NCBI GenBank assembly: GCA_028534125.1
Contig: CM052817.1
Span: 82,772,001-82,836,000 of the forward strand
Length of the DNA stretch: 64,000 bases
From: Lama glama
Taxonomy: Eukaryota
Direction: 5' to 3'
Part shown: piece by piece, positions 13,588 to 26,654 of the stretch
Layout: each line of letters starts with the position of its first letter
How positions within the stretch are numbered: position 1 is the stretch's first letter
The notes under the pieces: model-generated
What the model was told of the DNA's origin: nothing
Databases searched by the model: none
The model's input: only the letters and a program-made list of their open reading frames with translations
Translations under genes and position numbers: made by a program

Positions 13588-15600
13588 ATAGTGTTCTAAG
13601 AAGCTCTGCTACCTTCTGGAACTATAAAAATTAAAGCAACATCCTTAAAGGGTAAGAAAATCTTTTGTTTGCACAAACAAAAAAAAGCAAACAAAGGAGA
13701 ATGGTCTAAAATTGCTTTAGCGTAATTCCAGAAGTGAAATGACATTCAGGCCCTTATGTAGAATTAAGTATGAAATTATATCATATAGGAGGTTAAGCAG
13801 AATACCAGTAGATTCAAAGTTTCTGGCATGGATTAAAACTTTTAAATTGAAGAAAATTTTTAATTTGTCTACTTTAGAATTATTGAATAATTTCAATAAC
13901 TATCATTAGCTGAAAGGCATATATATATATATGTGATATATAATATGTGTTACATATATCCTATTTCTGGTCTTTCTCAAAAGAAGCCTCAGAAAATCCT
14001 ACAATAGTGTTGATAATCTATGAAGCAATTACATGGATTTTTATTTGTTGTTGTTTCCAAGATACAAAGTGACAAGTCTCTTGATTGAGAAGATACCTAG
14101 TACATCTCTAGGTAACTATGTTCAGATGTGCATGAAAAGCCCAGTCTTAGAAAAGGATTCCAATTGGTATGACAACAAAAAAAATCCAGAAATAAAAACA
14201 GGCAAAGCTTCTAATAGGTTTTGAAATCCAATGAAAGATAGAATTTACATTGACTGTAACCACTATCCAGTCATTTTAAACACACATCCTCACAACCTTA
14301 TCTCTAATGGCAACCTGCACATTTTTGACTATTACATCATTCTGCAGTTACGTTCTATGTCTGGATTCACTAAAAGAGATGCCTGAATTTACCTTTGAAG
14401 TTAGCAAATGTCCTGGGCCTTAAAGATTATTTGTTGAAATGTGGCAAAAGTCTGGAATATTTATATATTTGAGTATTATCGGATATTTAACCATCCCAAC
14501 TCCCTCTTGTTTTGTGGTCTCAAATGTAATTTCTGGTATTTTGCCATGCACATCACTAGCTACTAGAAATCTGATTTTTTTTTTTAATGTCTCCTACACC
14601 TCAGCACTTGGTTTGCTTGCTATCCAGAGGCTGACTGATCTCCACATGTTAACTGATAGAGTGACTCCCCCTCTCAGGAAGAAGAATTAAATTCAGGAAG
14701 TTAGGACTGACAAGGGGATGGAGCAAAGCATTTCTGGTAGCCAATACTCTTTTTACCAGGAAAATCTTTAAGCATGTCTCAAATGGTATGTGTGTGTGTG
14801 GGAAAAAAGTTATTTTGTGCAATGTTTAGTTTGCACATAGACGAAGAAATATAATTTCAAAGAAATGAAGGAAATGTTTCAGAATTTCACAAATATTTTG
14901 AGTTTGAACACTTCTAATACACTCTAAAGACAAAATTTAGTTGAACTGGACTTAATCTATGCACATTTCAAGTCATAAAAAAACTGAAAACTGCTAGTTT
15001 CATATTAAACTATGAAAATAAACCTACATTGATGAAACACTTAACTAAGTTTGGACCAAGTTTGATGAAAGCTTTCCAAACATTTGCGAAACTTTTTACA
15101 ATCTTCCTTACATGTGGGATTGGTAGTGAAACCCAATACCAAAGGCAGCTTTTCAAATAAATTTCAAAAATAAGACGACCTGTCAGTGTTCATTTGAATT
15201 ATTAACTGTACATAGTCCCTTCCCATACTTACCAATGGCTTCCTCACACGCTGTGGTTACGCCATCATTTCCTACAGCTAAATGAATTCTCACCCCGATA
15301 TACCTATCTGCCTATTGCAACATACCTGGAGTTTCCTGGAAATTAATTTGTAAGAATCAAAGTAGATCAAGGACATTTTTTGCCTGTTGCTAACTAACAT
15401 CCCATTTTTATTCACACATGATTATTTTCTCCAGGTATTGCAATAGAAGATAAAAAAAAGCTCAGTCAGAAAACCTGTTGACTATAATAAACTATTTACA
15501 AATAAGTTACTATAAATAATTTTGTGACATGGAAAGAGTCAAATAGGAGTCTCAGGTTTTCAATGTTATGTTTGTAAACAGAAAGAGATCAACAAGGACT

Positions 15601-15800
15601 CAGGGATGCAAAACAGGTTTCATTTCCAGTAGCAACTTTGATCAGTTGGTTGTGGATGTCTGGGGCACTGGTGTGAGAGAAATTCTGAGAACAGATGCAT
15701 CTGGGCTCAGGAACAGATTCTCAACACTCACTGTGGATGAGTGTCATGGACATGGGCTTGCGGTACGTGCGGCAATGGTGCCATGTAGCTGCCATCTCTG
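15601..15800 (+). mobile_element. hAT-Charlie non-autonomous element, MER117-like
   Basis: Begins cagggatgcaaaacaggtttcat, ends gccatctctg (imperfect TIRs); internal gatcagttggttgtggatgtctgg..attctgag..ctgggctcag matches recalled MER117 consensus. Confidence 0.75.
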
Positions 15801-16419
15801 CCCATGATAACGTGTAAGGTTGTTCCCAACTCTAATAGCCTATTCACTAATTCCTCACCCCTAAATTATTTCTATCACCAGAGGAAATAAGTCTATTCTT
15901 ATTTGCACAGCTGGGGGAATTGCCGTCAAAGTATATTTTGAAAGTTATGAAGTACCCCTTGTACCCCTTCTTAAATGGACTTTTAGTGATAATGTTTATA
16001 CTCAAATGGAAGAGTGAACTGGTTATAAAAAATAAAATAACAGAGGAATCAAAGGCTTTGCCAATACATGTGCTCAGATATTACTTCCAATTTCCACAAT
16101 AAAAGATCAGTTTCTTCCATAACAATTTAAACATGGCCCTGCTAACTAAAACTACTTTCATCTTGCTATAGCAGGTAGCTTCACTCAAGCAAGGAGGGTG
16201 AGATAAATATACTGAAAACTAACTTATTGTAAAAAAACTGCTGCATCCTTTACTAACGTCTTAATCTAGACTAATTTGTAAATATTTATTAAAGGAAAAT
16301 CCATTTTGACAGACTTTTAATTATTTGGAGTTCTCAGACTCCACTTCAAAAAAGACTGATACAAGGAGCAAACATTTATTCCATGAGAATAATATGAATC
16401 CTAACATTAATTCTGATAC

Positions 16420-16600
16420 AAATATAATAGTAACACTTGTAAGAGCTCCTATTTGTCATTTACTTTGTGCCATGTATGAAATCACTTAATCCTCACAATA
16501 GCCTTAATATGTTTTATTATCATAATTTGAGAGGAAGGGTGAGTAAAATTCTCAGGTCATTCAGCTGGTTGAGCTCATGATTTCAACATAGGAATCTGAC
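16420..16600 (-). mobile_element. MIR SINE
   Basis: atcacttaatcctcacaatagcct..ttattatc..aggtcattcagctgg..gatttcaacataggaatctgac. Confidence 0.7.
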
Positions 16601-16774
16601 CGTAAGATGTATTTATCTGGAAAGAAACCACAAAGTCACAGCAAAAGGAAAGTATTATATTTATAATCTGACATGATATTTACTAGATGAGCCTATTTGT
16701 ATCTAAGACATTTATCAGATTAGGATTGGAATAGAAATAAAAAATCACCGAACTTGTGGATCTTGGTCTATTTC

Positions 16775-16960
16775 TTCATTCAACCAAATGTTTTGAGGGC
16801 TTACATGTACTAAACACCCGTAAGGTGCTACAAATACAATCATGGGAAAAGATGCAAGACTCCTCATTGCACAGAACCCAAAGTCTAGTCTACTTCTAGA
16901 CATAGCTATTAAATTGAGATCTGTGCAAAGCAAATAAAGAATGTTATAATAACTATAATA
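16775..16960 (-). mobile_element. L2 3' end
   Basis: tcattcaaccaaatgttttgagggcttacatgtactaaacac..ggtgctacaaataca. Confidence 0.7.
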
Positions 16961-18062
16961 TGGTAAGGCACGGTGAAACAAACTAATATAGAGTAAATTA
17001 CATACAGTCACACTTAAACCACACAATTAGAGTGTAATGACCTTATATCAGTGGAGAAAACAACACACAAACCTCACAAGAGCTTAGCCTGCACAGCTGA
17101 CTAACGTTTTCTAATTGTAACAGACGTCAGGATCTGAGAAAGAAGCAACTGGGGTTCAAGTTAAGAAAGGATAAATTAAAGGCAACCCAGGACACAGACA
17201 GCCGATGAACACACTAGGCTGTTTGCTGACCTCGGTCAATGCTGAGCAACATTCTTCTTGCAAGGCTAAGACTCTTAACAGAGTTGCTGAGTTCTTAATC
17301 TTTCACTCCATTAAACTGTTGTAAACAGTAACAGTAAAACTAGTTCATTGCAATCCCTGGTTTACTTGGCTCCCCAAAACCATCTTTAGGTAAGGAGTTT
17401 CCTACATGTACATAATTCAATCACGAATAGCAATTACTGGGACCAAGAATACGGGGTTTCTGCTCCTGCAGCTTAAGAAGCATGGTTTGGAGAGCATTAA
17501 GTAGGCATTCCTATATTGGTGTTTCACAACTTCAGTTATAATATTGTGGTATTACTAACACTTTACAAGTATTTACTTTATCAGCGTCATTCATATTAAA
17601 GTATAAATGTTCATGTAATTTTCCAATGTAAATCCTCAGTTTTCACTAACGAATATATTTTTACAGTTAGGCCCTAAAATGGTGCTTTTCTGGTGCAAAC
17701 ATGCTTCAGTGTCTATCTTTCTCTTTGAAATATAATTTGAGTAGAAAAAAATATATATGTAAAGCAAGTATTAGAAACAGGTGATTTTTTTTGATACGCA
17801 CTGATTATACCATCAATTAGTTTCCTTTTTTAGCTCTTCCATAATCACTCATGATGTGTCATTCATGGCACAGTGTTCCTCTGCCAGTTTCAGTGACCCA
17901 AAGCTAACCTTTCCTAAAGGAGCTTAGAGAACTGTTTTTTCCTTAGGGAAAATTGGAGGTTAGCTAAGAGTTTGCTTTGGTAGAAAGGGTTAACATTCCG
18001 CTGGCTAAATCTCCTGAGGGATTACATAACTCAAAACAAAGGAAGTTAAATGTTCAGTTTAC

Positions 18063-18300
18063 CAAAGCGTGCAGAAAGACAGAAAAGGCATCTGTCCAGA
18101 AAGAACCCAACCCCATGATCATAATCCGCTTTCTCGCTGTTGTCTGGTGCACCGAGCGCCTTGCTGTAGCCTTTAACCTGCTGAGGCTGAGGAACAGCCT
18201 TGCTGAGAACCCAGACGGCACAAATAAAACTTGAAAGCTGGCTGAGACAGACAGTGTAAATCTCCACTATAGCCCACCAAGATGACACCACCCCGTCTGC
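18063..18300 (-). other. Candidate exon (unidentified gene or lncRNA)
   Basis: Non-repeat, CpG-retaining, stop-poor block ending at minus-strand donor TTG|GTAAAC; in-frame ATG at 18122 gives MIMGLGSFWTDAFSVFLHAL; no homolog recognised. Confidence 0.25.
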
Positions 18301-19454
18301 CAAGTCTCAGAATCCCAAGCAGACCTAGGAGATGAGTAGAAATATAAATCGAAGCTCCTTCATGCTTAAGCACTTTCCTTTATGGTTCTTGTCCCCACAG
18401 ATGGATTAAATTTTTACTATTGGGGAAGAACATTCTTTCTTAGAAACATACTCATGTAACAAAGTTCAAGTTCCATCTCGCCTTATTTGCTTTTGGGCTC
18501 TCTATTTAATATCCACTGCCCTCTAAATGGGAACATAGCAAATTTGTTCACTTGGGTAAGTCTGGGTTCCAGGAACACCAGGGGGCTCTTTGGCCTCATG
18601 TTTACATCTGAGGTCAAAGCTATGGAAAGCCTGTCACACAGCTTCTTCCTGAACATGTTGGCTCATTTATTTCAAGGGTTCCATATTCCCTGGGAAGTTG
18701 TTCTTTCCAAAGTCAATTTTAAGGTTAAGCAAATATTAGTGCATCTAGCAGTATGTCCCATGTGCTTCCTTCTTTGATTTCTTTTACATACAAAATCCTA
18801 AGACAGTGTCATGAGTTCTTTAGAGAAAAGTTACTCTGCACTTCTAACAAGCCAATTTTCCTTTTAGATGTATTTGTCCACGTGCCAAGGTGAATATAGC
18901 TTAAAGATGCATTCCGAAAACTGTAATTGATGAGACCATAATCCTAGATTTGTTGTACCCCTAGAAACTACTAATGTAAAAACTGGAAGCTCTACCTCTC
19001 ATTTTTTTTTTTTCTTATGACACACACATACAGATTGTAACTGTTCATGAAAACAGAAGATTACGGAAATCTTTCTGTCCATCTTCAATTTCATCAGAAA
19101 GTTTATGATACTTCATTCCACGAACATGGGCTTGTCTGACCTCTAACCTGTATTTGGGGCAACTAGACCCAGTTCTTTTCAGTTGACAATAGGTAGATTA
19201 TTACACTTAACAAAATGGAGTTTTCTTTACTAAAAACTAGGTATGTTATATTTTTAAATATTGCCATAAGATTATTGTATCTTGAAATTAAGTTTTCTGA
19301 ATAAATGAATTGATAGTTTCATATCTCTATTCATTAATTCTCTGAAATGGTAATACTCTGAATAGTACTTAGTAACTTTAAATCATGAAGAATGCAGCTT
19401 ACCACAGTGCAGACTTCACTTCAACGTCAACTTTTAGACTAGAAGATTGTATCT

Positions 19455-19575
19455 ACTATCTATAGACAGATAAATAGATACACATACAAAGATATAGAAT
19501 ATATTTCTGTAATGTATGTATATAAATATATCTACATGCATGTATATACATATTAGAAAGGCACACATCTATATA
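19455..19575. repeat. AT-rich (TA/TAGA) low-complexity tract
   Basis: ctatctatagacagataaatagata..tatgtatataaatatatctacatgcatgtatatacatat. Confidence 0.7.
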
Positions 19576-19709
19576 ATTTTAGTTTATGCTTTAAAAAATA
19601 TATGTACACCATGAGATGAATTTATGCTAATTACCTTAGTACAAACTATTTTCCAATTATGTATTTTGACACACACAAGACTGTGTTCAAAATTAAAGTA
19701 TTTTTAATA

Positions 19710-19900
19710 GTTAAAGTCAGACAGCCTAGGTTCAGGTCTTCATACTGCTATTTATCCATTTCCCTTGGCAGTCCTGAGTCTCATGTACTAGTGACACATT
19801 TTGAAATGTCAGTTATCTCTTTAGATTAAAAAGGCATCTGCCCCACATGTTTGTTGAAGGCCCCAAATTAGGTAATAATTTGGAAAGGAATTAGTAAGCT
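19710..19900 (+). mobile_element. MIR SINE
   Basis: aagtcagacagcctaggttcaggtcttcatactgcta..tcagttatctctttagattaaa. Confidence 0.55.
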
Positions 19901-20559
19901 CTCAAGCTCAAAATGACCTAAAGTAATTTAATTACTCATATACAATGTTTAGCAAATCTATTTCATATTGTATTTTTAAATCGTATTTACTTACATTTTT
20001 CTGTGACAGCAATTTCTGAAGCATTGAAACACTTGTGAAGCAACCCTTTTACGCATGTTTCTATAGTCAAAATGTTAGCTTCACCATATGATATACAAAG
20101 GGATAAAATTCAATTGCTAAGACTAATACATAAATGTATGTTTTTTTTAAGATCTTGAAGGAAAATGAAACAGAAACGATAGAAGCAGCTTACTGATCCA
20201 CTGACTCAGTAATTTTTACGGAACTCTGCAGAAGGGACTGTTTTAGAGGCCTCATGAGCTTTACCATGAAACAGGCAGTGTGTTTCTTAGGTAAATCCAT
20301 TCTTCTGACTATTGGTCTCTAAGTTTCCCCAAAAGTCACAGAGTAGAAGGCAGGCCTGGGCAGTCTGGAAGGTGGAATTGCTTACAGAATTCATACTAGT
20401 ACAGGAGTGTGGGGTACAGAATCAAGCCAGACTTTGGATATATTACACAACTAATACAAAGAAAATTCCTCTGCTACTGGTAGCGGTAAACGAGGAGGCA
20501 GAGCTCCTTACATTTTTCTCCAGTATTCCCCAAGCCACTCCATGTTTTCACCATTTCCT

Positions 20560-20760
20560 CTTGCAGTGAGCGCTGTTGTATTATGCCTCAGCATAAACGG
20601 TAGAATCAAACTGATTAATTTGTTTACCTTTCCTCAAGTTTTCTCCCAAGTCAATGACTCAGTGTCATGCGCACAATGCCCAATCAATCATGTCTCTCCC
20701 TGTTTCCGTGGCATAACAAAACATTAAATGGTAAAACTGTTACACGAGTGTAGTGTTGTT
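20560..20760. promoter_or_regulatory. Candidate enhancer (motif cluster)
   Basis: FOX TGTTTAC 20621, AP-1 TGACTCA 20655, MEIS TGTCA 20663, SOX CACAATG 20672 and PBX ATCAATCA 20683 within about 70 bp of unique sequence. Confidence 0.3.
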
Positions 20761-22654
20761 TTGAGATATTATGAGACTGTAAGTGAGGAAAGTCAAATTT
20801 ACGATTCTTTCAGTAAGCACAAGCTGGCTGCGTTCAGACAACCCACATGTACCAGAACAGTTTCTGTATAAAGAGGCTTCAGAGACTCACATTTTCATAC
20901 TTCGGAAAATGCCAGAACAAACCTCTGTGCTCAGATAGTAGCCATGAGTTTTGTTTGTTTTAAGCATCATCATCAACAAAATATTATCTCTCTAAAACAT
21001 TTGGAATGTGATTCATTGTCGATGCAAGGTCAAGGTGGAGGGCTATTATGATGAAAGGAGCCCCTTACTGGTATTAGGTCATTTCATCTGGGGTGGTGAT
21101 TAGTGTGCTAACCCAGAGCTGTCATTGCTGAACAAATCTCAAAAACAGAGAGCCTACACACGGGCCTTGCTTATGAGGAACTGTTACTCACTTGTGTTCC
21201 GGTCATGGATTTATAGCCTCACAAGTGTCTGCGAGAGAACAATTTTTGATGAGATACACAGAATAAATGATTTCTCAGATTCCTTCCTTCCTCCTCAAAT
21301 CAGTTGATTATTTAGGGGGATTGCATCCTGCATGGAGCCTATCTTAACACTTCTTATTTTCAGGGCTGCTCGTTGGAGACAATGCTCACCTGCCCTGTGG
21401 TACATCATGTTTTCCAGACTGGCAGCTGTGAAGGGCTAGTGTTCTGGTTAGGCTCACCGCAATGTCTCTGTCACTATGAGCAGTGACCTTGTCACTCAGA
21501 GTCAGCAGATGAAGAGATTCTCATGGATTTGTGAAGCCTTTCCAAGCCTTCCTGATGTATCCCTGACCTTTTTCAGTCCTGTGCTCACACACTTCATCTC
21601 TGTTTAGTGCCCTGCTCTATCAAAACATGTCTTCATGAAAAGATCTGGTTAACTCATCACACTGTGATTTACAAAGCTTAGTGCATTTTCTTTCCCAGGT
21701 GCATTTGAATTTTAACCCCTGACAAGGAGCCTTAAATCAGAGGACTGACCCTGTAATTAACTTTAATAATTTATGATCTCTGTGAGCAGGTGAGAGATGA
21801 ATCTAGGAGTTAGGGGGTGGGTTTCTTTTCACCCTTGAAACTATGTATTAATAGATGCTTACTCCACCTTTGGAATAATGACCACTTAGGCATCAAATCC
21901 TTCACACTTCTACCTCCTCATGGAAACAGAAATCTTTTATAGGATCTCATAAGAGGTGATGATGGGGATGAATAATTTTTCTATAATGGTCAAGTCAGAG
22001 TGAACGGAAGGGCTACCTCCCAAATTTGAATATGTGCCGAAAGCCTCCGAGTCTTACATTTCACACGCTTCACCTCCCAAAGTCCTAGATGTCGATGCTC
22101 CTTATTGTCCAATTTCCCTAATAAGAAATAGAAAGTCTTAAAACTAGAGGTGAATATCTTGGTATCCATTCCCAGGGAGGCTCCCTGCTGGATCTGTTTT
22201 CTGCTTGGTTGATGAAGTAGAATAACACAGAAGGGGATCCCTTTAAATTGGATGTTGTGGAGAGTTACAGAGTCTAAGTATTAATTTGTTGTCTTTCCAA
22301 CATTTTGGTCTTGGAGACACCTGAATAAAGAGATGACGGGGGCATCACCACAAGTTGAAGACTGCTGTGACCCTATTTATACATTTTCTGAGATGGTGCT
22401 TCTGTGGGCTGGACAGTTTAGAGCTATAAGAAGCAACAGTATTTTCTGCGGCAAAAAGCAATGAAATGGGGCCTCACATCATCGAAGTGCCCTCAGGGAC
22501 CTACTACAAGGCCATTCTTGCCTGCAGACCTCATTCTACAGGCAGAAGTGGGATGTGATGTCTACAGAAGGAAGCTGAGCTGTCTCATCAGGAGATGCCT
22601 GGTATTCTCAGCACAGGGATGTTCTCCAGGGCAGGGACTTCTGACTCAACAGCA

Positions 22655-22850
22655 CTCTGATCTCAAATAAGCTATGTTAAATCAGTCATCGCCATTCACT
22701 GGTTCTATGGCCATGGGTTAGCTATGTAATAGTCCAGAGACAGCTTTCTCCACCTCAAAATGGGGATAACAGCAAAATAATTAATAGTGAGAATTAAATG
22801 AGGTAATATTTGGAAATCTCCTGACACACTTTAAAGGTTTAACACCATTA
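22655..22850 (+). mobile_element. MIR SINE
   Basis: cagctttctccacctcaaaatggggataacag..gtgagaattaaatgaggtaatatttggaaa (MIR core). Confidence 0.75.
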
Positions 22851-24344
22851 CTGTTGCTGGTGTTGTCATTTTATAGTCTGTATCTCCAAGGGCAGTAAAT
22901 GCAAAGCATCCCTTATTAACCGTCCTGATGGAAAGAGAGTAAAGCATGTTTTTCTGTTATCACAAGGGTCAACACAACGCTATGCCATTAGTTGAAGCAA
23001 GCTAAGACTGCTCCAAATTTCTACACACTTGGATGTTGAAACCATACTTGACTCTGGCATCAGGCAACGTCATTTAATAGGTTCACATGGGCCGACATGC
23101 CGTTACGCATGCACTGTGTATTATTTTATGATGTTTGAGTTGGACTCACACTTTCTGGGTGCACGTATTTGTGTTTTTTTCAGATTCTTGTGAAAAGCCA
23201 GAGGAACCTGTTTCCAATTTCATGACCGTTTATCACTAATCCAAAATGACTGCAGCATTACCTACAGACCTACAGACAGGAAGCTCTAAGAACTGGATCC
23301 ATCATATATTTGCCCAGAAGCTCTGTTAAACCAGTTTTATGCTTGTGTCGATGAAGGTGACAGTCGGCTGAGAACACAGACAAAGTACTATACTGAGGTA
23401 CAGTACGGGGAAAAAAAATTCTTCATTTAATGCAACAAAAGATCTAGGAACAATCATGCCAGCACTTTCGGTAATTGCTTGATCACTTGAACACTTACTG
23501 TCTCTTTACGTTTCAAACAGTCTCTTTATAATCACCCTCAGCTGTAGTTTTCATTCACGCACAGATTTAACAGAAAGCAAGCCAAACCATGGTTTCCACT
23601 TGGGATAACTCTCTTAATCAGACATAAAGTGCACTTTTCCTGGAAAACCTTCAAACGAGTTTGAAAATATTGCAGCTGTGAAGTAATTAAGGTATTTGGA
23701 GTTTTTCAAGCAATTTGTGTGAATATAATCACAAATGTCATCATGTTAAGGAACACTTAATGCTCAAAAGCATCTTGTGGCGTCCTGCAAGATTCTTCCC
23801 CAGAAACAGGGTGATCTGTGATGGAACTTTCATATTTTGATGATAGTTTTATTCACGGAAGTCATTTACAAGGATACTTGACAGAAATCTATAGAAGTGG
23901 TGCTTTATTTAAAGCAACTCATTTAAAAACATTTAGTTCAGTTACTTGATGTTTAAAAGTTTTCTTCAATAATGTTATATTACAAGCAACTTTATCTTCA
24001 AATTATCAAGGTATATGGTAAGATACCTTTAACTTTCTAAATGTCAGAAAGAATTTTGTACAATGATATTCATAGGCGCATGATGTGAACCGGCTAATTT
24101 GAAAATAATCAAATAAAACTTAAAAAGTTGAAAAAAGCTACAGGGCATACTTTCATTGGAATACTAAGTACTTGATAAAATGTTTGTACAAATTAATTAG
24201 GCAGGAAAAATGCTTACCCTATAAGGACAATTTAAAATACAGTTTACAATTTCACTCTTTAGTATCATAAATCTTCATATTAAATTTTTAGAAGTTACAC
24301 ATTCAAATATTATTTTTTGTAGTAAAGCCACAAGCCTGAACAAA

Positions 24345-24830
24345 TGACTTTCCTACTTAAAATGCTTCAATAACACTATTTTTCCTAAAACAAACTCTAC
24401 ATCACTATTCTTTCCTCATTCTCTAAACTCTGGTCACATTGACATTCTTCCAAAGGTTCTTCTTTCCTGCTTTGAGAATTCCATTCCAATATTCTTTCTA
24501 CATGAAATGCTTTCTCCACTCTAGCTGACCCTGACCTCCTAAGTAGTTAACTTTTAAGAACTCTCTAATATTAGTTAATACTTCATTTCTCTAGAAGCCT
24601 TTTCTAATTCAACTAGGGAAGTAAGTTTTCTCTGGTATGTAGTCTCATGTCCCCTGAAATTCACTTTCATATCCCTTTTGACAATTTCAATTAATTATGT
24701 GGGTAATTATTTAATGTCTCTCCAAAAATAGAACATAAATCCTTCAGCTGACAGACCATATTGACTGCTACCACTTAGCAGAATATCTGACAAACAACTG
24801 GTATTTAATAATTTTGCCTATTTGTTTGAA
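24345..24830 (+). mobile_element. L2 3' portion
   Basis: cctacttaaaatgcttcaat..ctctagaagccttttctaatt..tttaatgtctctcc..tagaacataaatcc..cttagcagaatatctgaca. Confidence 0.65.
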
Positions 24831-24839
24831 CACAGAAGT

Positions 24840-25385
24840 TATGCTTCTGGTAATGGTGGAATAGCTCATATCAGACAAACCCTCCCACAGAAAACAATGG
24901 GAAACACTGATTAAAATATGTATTTACACACACAGATACATGCATGCCTAGAGGCAAAGGAGAAGCAGGTAGAAACTGGTAAGCAGTAAACACATTGGCA
25001 GAAGGAAATGAACAGCACTTGTCGAGTTCCCCACGTTTACAACTTTCCTCCTGAGGGAAGCATGGAGTCACCTCCGTGAAGACCAACTCTTTGACAGAAG
25101 CCTGATCTCTTACTGGCTTGAGGAGTCAGAGGAAAGACTTCTTGGCTCCTACAGCAGCTGCAAAGTGGAGGGGGGCTATCTCAGGAGAGAGCAGGAGAGG
25201 CTAAGCCCATGTTCCTGGCTGGTCCCTGAACCCTGCATACACAGGCACACTGGTGTCAGCCAGGCTAAGGTTAAAGGAGGGAACAGGGATCTTGGCCGCT
25301 GCCCACTGCCAAGGAGGACAGTGTGGAATTTAAGATCAGCCCAGTTAACTGCCTGCTAAAGCAAGAAATCAACACTGTTTTGGCC
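24840..25385 (+). mobile_element. Ancient L1 5' end (L1M4/L1MD/L1ME-type)
   Basis: cttctggtaatggtggaatagctcatatcagacaaaccctcccacag start; ggaatttaagatcagcccagttaactgcctgctaaagcaagaaatcaacact. Confidence 0.65.
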
Positions 25386-25449
25386 TGGGATTTGTATTCA
25401 CTACAAAAATGTCTCTGAAGAAGTAGCATTTATGCTGATACACAAGGAA

Positions 25450-26190
25450 TTTGTAGGAGCCAGGAGAAGAGTAAAATAAGAATGTTTCTTTCAGAGAGAG
25501 AAACAAAAAACATATGCAAATGTCCAATACTAGGAAATCTTGCCACATTTTGAAACACAACAAATACCAGTGTGTCTGATGCATAACAGAAGGAAGGGAG
25601 AGGGTGACAGGAGATGAGTTCTAATGTAAGCAGGGGCAAATGATGTGGGGTCTTGTATATCATGTTTACTTATTCTCACTTAATTCTAAGCACTTCCAAA
25701 GACTTCAGAGGGTTTTAAGCAGTATAATGGCATGGCCAGATTTTGTTTGTAGAAGATCATTTTGGCTACAATACAGAAAAAAACATTTCTAGAGAATAGA
25801 GGTAGATAAAGAGAAAACAATCTCCTGATATTTTCCAGCTGTAATTGGATGTGAGGTATGAGTTAGTAAGAGTAGAATACAAAGGCCGACACACAGGTTT
25901 CTGGCCTGAAGACTGGTAGTGCTGACTATGAAGATACAAAAAATTGGAGGTGGGGAAAACTTGGGGAGAGGATTAAGAATCGAATATTTAACATGTTGAT
26001 GACGTCACTTGAATATATTGCTCTGGAGGTCATTGTTCTGGGGGTGTGGCTTAGCAATGTAAATTTGGAAGTAATTGATGCAGAAATGGCATTTGAAGCC
26101 ATGAAATTGGAAGACGGTAAGTGAGAAACCATCTACTGTCCACAAGAGGCCAGGACTGAACCGGTGAAGGGTGGACAATGGGCTCAAGAT
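25450..26190 (-). mobile_element. L2 fragment
   Basis: agagggttttaagcag..catggccagatttt..agaagatcattttggctaca; caggtttctggcctga; aaatttggaagtaatt..atggcatttgaagccatga. Confidence 0.8.
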
Positions 26191-26654
26191 AGTATACCAT
26201 ACCCTGCTTACTTATAGGTCTGAAATCGTAAGTAATTTGTATTTTTTGGTGCATTTAAAGTTATTTTAAAAGATGAGATTATCTCATTGTGTTCAAAAGC
26301 TGACTGAATCAATCCCTAGAGCATTAAGAGTTAAAGATGCAGGAGAAACAGTAAATAATGGACATTCCCATAATAGTGGGGATGCTAGCCAACTGCATTC
26401 TAACTTGCGATAATTATACAACACTTGTTGAAACACTACATATCTATTTACATTACATTAACAAACTACAGGTGCCAACATATCAGCCAACTATCCAAAA
26501 GGAGCCCATAAAATTGGGTTAAAAACCATAATAGCAAAAACATAGGAAACCTTGAATGCAGTGTACAATGCAAATAGCAAAACTGCCGAGATTTGTCACA
26601 AACATATAAAAACAAATGCTTATAGAAGATCATCATCATGCTAAAAATCACAGA

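Noticed and set aside
13038..13634. 198-aa ORF
   Set aside because: Artefact of reading through the N gap; the real part is the L1 ORF2 C-terminus.
14063..14112. Exon-like segment ttccaag|..ctag|gtaact
   Set aside because: AAG acceptor, unrecognised peptide and no partner exons; likely chance.
23184..23400. Strong acceptor tttttttcag followed by DSCEKPEEPVSNF..
   Set aside because: That frame stops after about 18 codons; no supporting evidence.
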